A DNA stretch of 64,000 bases from the human T2T-CHM13v2.0 reference genome, Homo sapiens. Positions 14,092 through 27,095 of this stretch are shown in pieces. The notes under the pieces were generated by a model. That model was given only the letters and a program-made list of their open reading frames with translations, did not search any database and had not been told where the DNA came from. The DNA lies in NCBI RefSeq assembly GCF_009914755.1, contig NC_060940.1. The stretch is one strand, 5' to 3'. The first letter of the stretch is position 1, and each line of letters opens with the position of its first letter. The translations under genes and the position numbers were made by a program.

Positions 14092-14250
14092 CCAGAGGTT
14101 CTCAACCCCCTCTGAACATCAGAACCACTTGGGGAACCATAAAAATATACTACTATCCAGACCTCATCTTAGTCAGATCAGAATCTCTAGGTAAGGTTCT
14201 AGACTTCAGCAATTTTTAAAAATTCCTCAGGGATCCTAATGTGCAAGAGG
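14092..14250. mobile_element. MER5-like DNA transposon
   Basis: cagaggttctcaacc...catcagaaccacttgggga...cagaatctctagg...ttcctcagggatcctaatgtgca. Confidence 0.6.
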
Positions 14251-14689
14251 GAAGATATTCAGTGCATTAACATTCAGAAATAATACTACATTTCCACAAA
14301 GGGCAGAAAAGTTGTGTTCCCTTCTACTGCCTAAGAAGAGGGTGCCTTGCCTGGCCCTGGCTTGTATGGAGGTGGTTCATCTCATAAACCCAACATCACT
14401 CTTATGCTGATCCTTGCTAGGGAAGGGAGGCAGGAGGCATCTCTTTTCTTCAACAGGTCAACGAGACAGAAGAGGATGTCAATTTTTCTCAAGGCCGTTG
14501 GGCAAGTCAACAAGCTCCTAACTCACACTCCAAAACTCTAGCCACATGACGTTTTCTACATAGCCCAAGGCTAGGTCTCCGAGTCTCATATCCCCTCCTC
14601 ATCCACTCACCTTGGATGATGATCAGGGAAATAATAACCACAAATGCAACTAATACCAAGCACCAAACATTTTTATATAAACTTTACAC

Positions 14690-14815
14690 ATATGAGGCTG
14701 AGGCATAAAGATGTTAAACAATTTGCCCAAGGTCACAAAGTTAAGAAGTGGTGATACTGGGATTTGAACCCAGGCAGTCTGGCTCCAGAATCCACAATCT
14801 TTATCACTATACCAG
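14690..14815. mobile_element. MIR SINE fragment
   Basis: ttgcccaaggtcaca...gggatttgaacccaggcagtctggctccaga MIR core. Confidence 0.75.
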
Positions 14816-14963
14816 ACCATTCCTGCTGCAGGAAGGAGGTGGCTATTTCCACTGCTGTGACCATAAGTCGGAAAGAAATCAGTACTGGATTCAGACTAAA
14901 TCAAAATTTGTTGAGCATCTACACGTGCTGGGAAACTTCCAATCAATCTACCTCTCAAGAAGG

Positions 14964-15276
14964 TTTATTATTATTATTTTTATTTTTTTTGAGATGGAGT
15001 TTTGCTCTTGTTGCCCAGGCTGGAGTACAATGGCATGATCTTGGCTCTCTCACTGCAGCCTCCACTTCCCGGTTTCAAGCGATTCTCCTGCCTCTGCCTC
15101 CTGAGTAGCTGGGACTACAGGCATGCACCACCATGCCTGGCTAATTTTGTATTTTTAGTAGAGACAGGGTTTCACCATGTTGGCCAGGCTGGTCTTAAAC
15201 TCCTGACCTCAGGTGACCCACCCACCTCAGCCTCCTAAAGTGCTGGGATTACAGGCATGAGCCACTGCCCCTGGCT
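14964..15276 (-). mobile_element. Alu (AluS-like)
   Basis: Reverse dimeric Alu with (TTA)n/T tail. Confidence 0.93.
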
Positions 15277-15689
15277 GGCATCTCAAGAAGGTTCTGGAGC
15301 AACAGATGCTCAAGTCATCCCAGCCTCTCATCCACCTGTACCCCAGGTAATTCTACACAGGAGCCTCTCTAGAACACCACTGCCCTTGACTACTTTCTGA
15401 GAATCCTTGGGGGCTGGGAAGGCTGCCTTCTTTCTCCTCTTCTGTATCCAAGATGGCTCAGCAAAGACTGGTCACCCAACTCTGACCACAGTGACTTCTG
15501 CCCTCACTGGGTCGGGAGGCCAAGCAAACTCCTGAAACATGGCCTGAGCTACTGCCCAGAGACAGGCTCTCCACCTTCAGCCTATAGGAAGGGTCTGGCT
15601 GCTTCATCAGCCCCAACACGCAGGCTCAAGAGAAGGCATTCAGGGAACACGAGAGTGGCTGTTAAGTAGAAAGGACCATGCGTGTTACC

Positions 15690-16600
15690 CTTTTGTTATT
15701 CCCTGTCTGCACTGTCACTCTGACAAGCTCTGCCTGACACAGGGGGCATTAATTTTTCATGCCGCCCTGCTGCAGACACACAGATTTGTTTGGAGTGATG
15801 ATAAATGAAATGCAAATGTGGCTGGAAGCCCCGTGCTGAGATGCTGAAGCTACAGGTCACATCATGCTCCCACCTCATCCCCTGTCCCTGCAACACCTTC
15901 AGACGCTGCTTTACATCTGCTCCCGTGGCTCCGTGAAGCAAAAGATGGCTTCTTGGCATAGCAAATACAATATTCTCAGCCGGAAGTAGGAAAGTTGATT
16001 AAGAAAAATTCACTCCCCCAATACGGCTTCTGCTCTCCGGTTTATCTTCATTTGAACCATCCTGGGTAGATGTGTTTTCATTGCCAACCACTTTCATTCT
16101 TTTTCTGGAAGCAGGCAGGGCATACATTATAAAATAAATAAATGATTAAGAAACATCTAATTATTGTGATTAGTTTCTTACTTGAAGGTACTTCCAAGCT
16201 GCTTCTTATTAAAGTCATTCATCAAGGAGCCACCGTGCCCTTTCCAGAGGCGCCACTCCTGGGACCAGTGCAGGACTTGCCGCCTCACGTAACGTGCACA
16301 CTGCTTAATAAACATGGAGAATATTGATGGCTGCGAATTCCTCCCTCAGCCCAAATTCCAGCATGATGGATTGATGCTTCCTAAACATGGCGAATATTTC
16401 TCCGGCCATTCATCAGCCCTACCACAAATACAGGTGTCAGCCCGAGCAGACGTCAGACTCTAACTGCCTCCTCCAGAGCATACGTAGAGAGAAAAGCCCG
16501 CATTTCCCACACAGGGACATCAATTTTTCATGCACTGCAGTCCCTCGACTTATTAAATATTTATAACAATGTCATTATTTACCAAACAAGCTACTAGGCT
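15690..16600. promoter_or_regulatory. Putative distal cis-regulatory element (repeat-free island)
   Basis: No recognisable repeat, retained CpGs, octamer ATGCAAAT 15810-15817, PBX/HOX-like TGATAAAT 15799-15806 and TGATGGAT 16364-16371, MEIS-type CTGTCA 15712-15717; motif inference only. Confidence 0.35.
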
Positions 16601-17549
16601 GCATCTGAGGTCTCCAGTGCAAGAGTCCTGAGTGTACAGAGACTTCCCTTCAGCTCCCCTGTTCCTCCGGGGAAACCTTTTTAGTAGAGGGGGTTGGGTC
16701 TAGCAGGCAGGTTCCTCCTAAGGATTTTTCAAGGCTTTGGTACAGGCAGCTTCTGGGCCAGAGGTGTGGCACCCTGCTGGAGGCTAAGGTGCCATGGAGC
16801 TAAGGGGGTCCTTGAGCCAGGAACTCTTCTACCAGGCACCCACCTCTGTCACTAAAGGTTGTCACACTGACCTCACCACTCCTCTGATCCACTCTCCAAG
16901 TCATTGTACTCTCTGGAGTCCACATTTAAGAGCCCTGATGCTTGCAGGGAATGGCAGATTAGAAGCCTCTAGGCAACGGACAACCTCATTCACTCCACAA
17001 AGATCTACTGAGTGTTGGCAGGTGCAGGGCACTTCCTCAGGGGCTAGGAGTGACACAATGGGGCAGAGCCAGTAGGCTGTGTCCCCAGCACTCACTCTCC
17101 AGTGTCTTCTGGGCCGGAGCCCGCCCTCCACCCCCAGCAGTGGCTAGAAATGCCAGAGAGTTTGCTTTCCTTGCAACTTGGTCATGGGCAGGTGATCTGA
17201 GAGAAGATTTTCAGGGAGCAGAGGTGGTTCTGGGCAATATTTTCCTTTCTGAACCTAGGTAGAGAAAGGTCCCATTTTCTTCAGCTGGATGTTGTCATGT
17301 TAACAGAACCATGGCAGCCACTGAAGGCCAAATGTGAGAACAAAAGGCCACTATGCTGAGAACAGCAGCAGGAAGGATAAGAGCCTGGGTCCTTGGTGAC
17401 ACTGCTGAGGCGCACAGCCAGCCTCTGCACCTGCCCTGCCTCTGGCCTCCTCATTAAGTGAGGCTTTTAAAATGTCTTTCTCTCACCATTAGAATCCCAC
17501 AGTCATATAAATTGTTGCAGGCAAGGTCCACTGATAGATGCTAAAATTA

Positions 17550-18480
17550 GCAGGTCAATGTTTGAGGAGAAACAGGATATTTGCATGGTCTAAAAATAGT
17601 ATCTCTGCCAAGATACATATTAATGATGAAAGATAAAATAGTACCCTTACAGTTGTGAAACCCACCTGAACCAAATGATCAAGGTTAATATCACCAGTAA
17701 TAAGACATATTGATGCCTTGCTGCCTCCTTTGAAACACTGAGAAGGGCACATTGCTTTTGATATTCTTGCCCTAAAATGCAAAACTTCAATCTAATCATG
17801 AGAAAACATGAGACAAACCCCAAACTGAGGGACATCCTATATAAGTGGCTAGTGCTCTTCAAAAGTGTCCACGTTGGCCAGGTACAGCAGCAGCTCATGC
17901 CTATAATCCCAGAACTTTGGGAGGCCGAGGTGAACAGATTGCTTGAGCCCAAGAGTTCAAGACCAGCCTGGGCAACATGAGGAGACCCCATCTCTACTAA
18001 AAAAGAAAAAAAATTAGCTGGGTATGGTGGTGCACACCTTTGGACCCAGCTAACTAAGGAGGCTGAATTTGAGCCTGGGAGGTCAAGATTACAGTGAGCT
18101 ATGACTACACTACTGTACTACAACCTGGGCAACAGAGCTAGACTCTGTCTCTAAATAAATAAACAAACAAACAAATAAATGTCAAGGTCATGAAAAACTG
18201 AGCTGTCACAGATTGCAGAAACTGAGGAGACAGGATAATTAAATGCAATGTGGAATCTGGGATTAACTTCTAGAACAACAAAAAAAATTAGTGGAAAAAC
18301 TAGTGAAATCCAGATAAAATCTGTAGTTAATAGTATTGTACCAATGTTAATTTCTGGCTTTGATAATTTTACTACAGTTATACGAGCTGTTGACATTAGG
18401 GGAAATTGGCTGAAGGGTATATAGGAATTCTCTCAACTATCTTTGCAACTCCTTCTGTAAGTCCAAAATTATTTTTAAGT
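17550..18480 (+). mobile_element. L1MC/ME-type 3' fragment interrupted by an Alu
   Basis: aaccaaatgatcaaggttaatatcaccagtaataag...aatctaatcatgagaaaaca...atctttgcaactccttctgtaagtccaaaatt. Confidence 0.7.
17876..18180 (+). mobile_element. Alu (AluJ-like)
   Basis: Diverged dimeric Alu with (AAAT)/(AAAC) tail. Confidence 0.9.
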
Positions 18481-19257
18481 TGTAAAAAAACCATCCAAGG
18501 AGGCTCTCCTAAATTCTGTTACCAAAAAGTAGACATTGCATCACTTCCTGAATTTGCTGTAGTAAAAGTTACTCAGGGATTACAAAGAAAAGGACTATAT
18601 CAATCTAGAAAAATTCCCCCATCTAGTAATTGCATTACAAAATGCAGTTGTATACGTTTATTATTAAGTTTTCCTATTTAATATAGTGTAGGGTATTGAA
18701 GGAATAAGTGGAAAAAAATAAAAACTTTGAAATAAAACAGGCCTAGGTTAATATTCAAAACCTACCAGTTATTTCCTATGTGACTTTTAGGTGGATTACT
18801 TACTCTGTTTGGGACTCAGTATGCAAAAGTATAAAATTAAAATAATAAAGCCTAGATTAATTGGAGATTCTGTTACTTATAGCTGAAAGTATCCAAAATG
18901 ACACAAGTATCAGAGAAAAGGCAGGTAAATGATTTTTCTCTCATAGTAACTACATTCCAGTTGGGGGAAGACAGATGATAAACCAATGAACTAATAAATA
19001 AGAATTTCAGAGACTGCGAAATACTATCAAGATAAAAGAGGGTCCTGACAGAGAATGAGTGTAGAGTGAAAGGGTAACTGTGGTTATGGTGGTCCAAGGA
19101 GGCCTTTCTAAGGGTCCATTTGAGATGAGAAAGAACTTGCCCCGTGACCATCTGGGGGAAGAGTATTCCTGGAAGAGGAAAACAGCCAAGGCCCTGTGTT
19201 CAAGACACTAAAAGGTGGGTTCTGTGCCCAAAGTGAAAGAAAAGTGACATAAGATGG

Positions 19258-19613
19258 TGCTATAATCTGAATGTTGGTGTCTCGCTCAAATTTGCATATC
19301 AAAACCTAACCCCCAGTGCAATCGTGTTAAGAGGTGAGCCCCTTAGGAAGTGTTAGGTCATGAGGGCAGAGCTCTCATGAGTGGGATAAGTGCCCTTGCA
19401 GGCAAGGTTCGAGGGAGCTTGTTTGCCCCTTCCACCATATGAGGACACAGCTGGAAGGTGCCATCTATGAGGAACAGGCCCTCCCCAGACACTGAATCTG
19501 CTGGCGGCTTGATCGTGGACTTCCCAGCCTCCAGAACTGTGAGCAATACATTTTTATTGTTTATATATTACCCAATCTAAGGTATTTTGTAATGGCAGCA
19601 GGAACAGACTAAA
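19258..19613 (+). mobile_element. MLT1A-like MaLR LTR within L2-type sequence
   Basis: tgctataatctgaatgtt...ggtcatgagggcagagctctcatg...ggacttcccagcctccagaactgtgag...cagactaa. Confidence 0.8.
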
Positions 19614-20329
19614 GATGGAATTGGAGAAGTGGACAAATTTAAGAGGCTGATACAGGAGCCCAGTCTGGGTAGGGATCATGTGACTTGGACTTGATGTTAT
19701 CAGTGGAGAGAAAGAGAAGTGAGGCACATTGAGAACATAATTGTGGAGGTAGGACTGGACAGGGCTTTTGAATGGGTTCGATGTAAGGAGGGAGTTGAGG
19801 GGAAAAGCAGCATCAAGGATGGATCCTTAGTTTCTGGACTGAGCAGCTGGACTGGATGTTGATGTCATTTACCAACACAGGAAGGCTGGGGTGTAGGAAG
19901 AGAGCAGAGAATCATGTTTTGGTGTGTATCTCCACATTGCTTTAATACCAACTTACCTCCACATTTCTGTTCCTTCTGGAAGCTGGTCCCAGCTAAGGTC
20001 AATTATTATTATTAATTATTATTAATTTCTGGACAGGTGAACTAGAAGATAAACTCCACATGACGAAGGGTTTTTTTTTTCCTGTCTGGTATGCTGATGT
20101 AACCCATGCCCAGGCCAGTGCTTGGCATAGCAGGTGATCCACAAATATGTGTTGAACGATTAAATTAATGCTCATTCTTATGTAAGATGACCTGAAGGCA
20201 GCAGAGTCTTAGAACAACTACAATCCAACTTTGAGTCCACTCAGTCCCTAGCTGCCGACCAGAAAACAGGATGAATTCTCTCTGGAGGCAAATATCATCA
20301 GCCAGAGCCTACACATTTTTTCCTACACA

Positions 20330-21964
<1,635 letters not shown>

Positions 21965-22229
21965 TAACCACAAAAGGAGAGTAAAAAAATAACAAACTGA
22001 GGAGAAAAATTAGAATAAAAAAAATGCTTTGTTCTGTGGGTTAAGAAGAAAAATTTTAAAAATTAAAAAAAATCCTTGATACATCTCAAAGAAAAGCAAG
22101 AAGAATAAATATAAAATAAGCAGGACAAATATCCAAGAAAGTTAAGATAGTACCAAAAAACCAAATACATTAGTGATTATATTAAATGTAAATAAACCAG
22201 GCATTCCAGTTAAGCCTCGTGATGATCAT

Positions 22230-23260
22230 GTAGACACCGTTATCCACATTTTACAGGTGTGAAGAATTTGAGCTGTTGAGTAATCCGCCCAAGATTGTCC
22301 AGCTAGCAAGATTCGAACCCCGCAGCCTGCTCCTGGACCCTGAGCACGGTGCCTTTCCAAGCGTCTCCCTGTTCTCCAGCCACCCAGCACTGCTTTCGGT
22401 CAGCCCTTCCGCACACTCTACCCAGACTCCTGCAACCAGCTCCGAACCGGCTCTCTCATGACACATCTTGTCATGGTGACCATGCGAAGGTGCAAACTGG
22501 ATCTCCTCTCCCCTAAATTAAAATCTCTTCCTGGATTTTCATTTACTACAGGACAAATGGAGCAGTTCATAAAAGGTCCCCCTAGATGGGATCTCCCGCC
22601 CCCTTCATCCAACGCTTCTTGCCTTCCTGCCCTACATTCCAGGAAGACTGGACTCAGGGTTTCCAGAGAGTGCAAGCAGTTTCCCCTGCCTGGAAAGTGT
22701 GAGTTATGGCCCACTGCCCCCTCCTCTGACCCCAGGAGGGTCGGCCCCTCCTCCTCATCACTATTGTTATCATTACAAATGGCTCCATTCAGCCAGCGCT
22801 TTCTCTGTGCCAGGCACTGTGCTGAAGGCTTTATAGGCATCATTCCCATCTAACTCTCACCACTCTATGATGCAAGTACCAGTATCCTCCATCTTCTGGA
22901 TAGAAAGACTCAGGCAGATTACTAATTCAGCTAGTATGTATTTACTAAGTAACTGCTATAAGCTTGGCACCCTCTTAGATGCTGAGAAAAAGAGCAGTGA
23001 ATAGAACAGGCAAACCTCCCCGCTCTCATGTAAGCTCACCCATCAGCTCACATATGACCTATGGTAGTTGTGATAAGTGATATGCAGAAAATAAAATAGG
23101 GAGTACGGACAGCGTGTGAAGCAGGTTGCAGTGTTCTAAAAAGGTAGTAAGGGAAGGCCTCAATAAGGTGATATGTGAGTAAAGATGTGGAGGAGATGAG
23201 GGAATGAGCCAGGCTGGCATCTCGGAGAAGAGCATTCTAGGGACGATGCCTTGAGAAAGA
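22230..23260. mobile_element. MIR and L2 fragments (patchy)
   Basis: ttttacaggtgtgaagaa...aagattcgaaccc; tgtgccaggcactgtgct; gtaagggaaggcctc...aggtgatatgtgag. Confidence 0.5.
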
Positions 23261-25415
23261 GCAGGGAATAAGTGGCAAACTTGCTGAAACGTTATCTGTT
23301 GGCCAACCTGACCTCCTGACTGGCAGGTGAGCCCCTCCAAGTGTGGTCATAACCCCAGCAGCTGGGCACACAGAAGACATTACTAAATGAAGGAACCTGG
23401 ACTCCGATTCTGAGTGAAACAGTAAAGGGGCACCTTCCTCACCACAACTTTTGTGGACTTGGAACCCTGAGGCTGGTGCCATTCATCCTCAGTCCCCAGT
23501 GCACAATCCCCACACACTGTCCACTCCAGACTCTCGGAGAGGAAAGACGTATTACACCCTTTTCCCTGTGTCTCTGGAACTGGATCTGTGCACTGTGGGC
23601 CTCTCTGGAGTCCTCCTAAACAAAGGGAAGGCACAGGGGTGGTGTGCTGGAATGCAAGATCCCTGAGACCCCACCGGGGGCAGGGAGGTCTGATTCCAAC
23701 TAGGCACTGCAGTCTCATTTGCACCATCTTCTCACGTTTCACAAGAAAAATGGAGCTGTTAAGACATCCAAAGAGCAAGTCAAACTGATATCAAATCCCT
23801 GAAAGCTCTAAGAAACGAGTGCAAGGCCATTGGGTTATATGGCATGCAAAAATGCACCACCAAGGGAGAGGACAGCCCTGTCCTCTGTGTATAGCAGGTG
23901 TTGGCAGAGGGTGAAAAACGTAGCTAAGACCAGACCAAACCAAGACCGAATTCCAGAGGGGTTTGCAGAAGGTAGACCCAACCCACCCAGCAAGGTGAAA
24001 TCTACCAGATGACCCTCGTGGAGAAGCCTGAGAAAGGAACAGGGTCGCAGAGAGGAAACCTGAAGCATCCATCTGGGAGAACCCAGGAAGGAGTGAAGAG
24101 CAATGGAAAGTGAATGTATTAGTAAATCGAAGTGATTAACCGTTCAACGTTATGTTAGATGATGTACACAGAATTAGAACATATGACACAGAACCCAGCT
24201 GGGAGAAAGGGGATACTGGGGTGGGGGAGGACCTCAAGCTACATCCCACGGAGTCAGAGTGGCCTAGAATCACCCACGGGGCAGTTTAACACACAGGAAC
24301 ATGCAGCTCTGGGCAAGGGGTGTTATCACACCTTTGCTTTCTTCAGGAAGATTTACAGGGACCCGAAAAGTATTCAGAGAGACGTTGACCATTCAAGTAT
24401 TGAAAGATAATCTTCCAAATCCTAAGGAGACAGGCAAAATGATCCTTAAATATCTGCATAACTATTAAATCTACATATTTTATGACATGTGAACACTTTG
24501 TGGCATAATGAAGCCTCTTGAATAATCAGCGTACTACATGGTTAAACTCTCTAACAGAACCTAAGCGAAATCTTACCATTTCAAATTAGAGAGCTTTAGA
24601 AGTGCTGTACCTAGCACGGCATGTGGTTCACACTTGTCAGGAACATCAACTCCCCCCACCCCAACCCTAAACCATAATGCTGTGCTTTAGGGAAACAAGA
24701 TCTGTCCTGATCTGTACTCAACACTTTCCGGGAACAAATGATGGCTGGTGGCACTCCCCTAAACAGAAAACCCTGTTCACTGATACCGTATTCCCCAACT
24801 CATACTGAATAAACATTTCCACACTCAGAGGCTAACCACCTGCAGGCTGGACTTCTAAAATGCATAAGAGATCTTTAGTGCCCCCACGTGGCCATAGGTG
24901 ATGTGACATCCTCAGTAGGGAGTTCTGTCCTGAAGGGTGGGAAAGACAGCTGGAAAAATGTTGTTTGTATCAAAAATATTAAATATCTAGGGTATGAGAC
25001 AGCGCAGGAAGAATGGCCCCTTTTATACTGCTATTTCTTCCCATCATAAAAGTTTGGTAAGAGGGGGAAAATAATGCGAAATGTTGAAAATCTGTTGGAT
25101 TGAACCAGAATGTGAGTTTTTGTCCAGTTCCATGGCCCAGGACAAACTGTCTCTAATCCGTCATGGAGGAAATGGGAAGAACCATCCCTGATTGTGAAAA
25201 TTATACAAGCATGGATGTGATTTTTTGTTTTAAACTTTTACACAGAAAACATATGTATACATCTTTCTGTAACTTGTGTTTTAAACACTGCAATTTTAAG
25301 GCATTTTGTAAAGACTGATGCAGTACAATTATTATTATAGTCAACACCAAAAAGATATCAGTTGGCAAGGGGGAGAAAGGAGAAATGTGGCTTGAAGAGG
25401 ACATCTTGTAATAAA

Positions 25416-25421
25416 TTTATT
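25416..25421 (-). terminator. USP31: Polyadenylation signal AATAAA, likely main USP31 3' end (cleavage ~25395-25400)
   Basis: tttatt on +; U-rich/UGUA sequence upstream and a pyrimidine/GU-rich element downstream on the minus strand; gives a ~6.6 kb UTR, in line with the long UTR I recall. Confidence 0.7.
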
Positions 25422-26941
25422 GTATTTTGTTACATTTTCCACTTTTCTCTTAATTCCAACTGTATACTATATAATCAACGCTGTTTCAGAAATAAAACGT
25501 TTCAAACGTAAAAATATAAATTCTGCTTCTTAAAAGTGCATACACTTTGAATAATAAAACATACAAATAAATAACAGAAATCAGTGACACATCTCATGCA
25601 CTTGTTCTAAAATAAATTTAAAATGTACGATACACTTTTCTTCCAGCCTCTAGGAAAGACATCCTGCCTTCCATATTACTGTACAACTGAAAATGAAAAC
25701 GACACAGAAATCACTATCCACGGTGCATGAGTAATACCAAAGCACTTTGTGTACAGTGATGTGACATGCAGCTTTCAAGACAACTACAGAAATTCCAGTG
25801 TAAAAACTGAAGAGTTCAATCAAGAAACGACTTATGTCAATGAGGCTTAAATTCAATTTTAACCAGTGGTGAGAGGCACAGTTGGTGAGCAGACCTCTAT
25901 GGAATGCAAACACGTATTTGAAAGGCCTACAAAGAGAACTCCAACTTCGGAAATACTGTAACTGCTTTTGCATTTGGTATGACACCACACCGTTTATAAT
26001 AGCACCTAGGAAATTTCATATTGCATTTGGACGACTGCAACAGATATCATTATTCTGGATGGCCTTTCTAAAGAAACATTTCCAACTTGCATGTCTACTT
26101 GTATCTTCATTCCTTAAAATGTTGAAAACACCAGGTAAATTGTGGTGTTTTGTAGGCAGCATGAGGCTCGACAGAATGAAACCATCAGATTACTTCGAAG
26201 GTGTTGTAGTGCATTCAGCTCACCACAGATTAAAACTAAATTTTATTTGCCTCCACAGTTAACACAGAGTGCCAAATTCTGGGATGTGTATTACTTAATG
26301 GTAAAACAAACAAAAAACAAAACAAAACAAAAACACGAAAAAATAGCAATAAGGGTTTTTTTTTTTTTAAAAAAAGACACCAAAGAAAATGTTTCACATT
26401 CATTTTCAAACTAAAAAAAAGAATTCCTGAAACCACATTCTGGATAAGAACTATCCTAGAGAATGAGCAAAAGTAGGAAATTCAGCGGCAGCCTGGGGTT
26501 TGCTACTGTAATTCCTACAAAAAGGCAATAATTCTATCAAAAGCAGGGACAGGCTTTCCAAGGCTAGGAAGGTTGTTTCTTTTCTTCTTCGACAATTTCT
26601 AGCTCAGAGTGACTTCCCTATTCCCCCACGGGCCTGGGGAAAAGGTTCTGGGGACAGATGCAAACCCCGCGGGGACACTCAGCCTGCTCCAGCAACTAAG
26701 ACCACCAATTTCCACCAGACTGGCGAGTGCTAGGCCATTCACAACATGGTCCAAGCTCCCCAACTGGGCCTTGAATCAGAAGGGCCCTTGTATTTCAAAT
26801 GGGAGTTTGATATCAGTATCTCTCAATTCTTTTTATTCTTATTTTTTCTGCTTCTCCTACACAACTGAGGAATCAGTCACTCCTGAGTAATTCAAATGGC
26901 AGTGATTCTCGCCATAATTCTCAGTAAAGGGATGACGTATC

Positions 26942-27095
26942 ATAGTGGTTCTCAATCTGTCTGCAAATTAGAAACACCCAGAAGCTTTTAAAATACATGG
27001 TAATTCCTGGATCCCACCCCTACATGAATTAGATCAAAAGCTAGGGACTGGGACCCAGGCACTGTATTTTTTAAAGTTCCCCAGCTGATTCTAGT
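26942..27095. mobile_element. MER5-like element inside the 3'UTR
   Basis: tagtggttctcaatct...ttagaaacaccc...ggacccaggcactgtattttttaaagttccccagctgattct. Confidence 0.65.
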
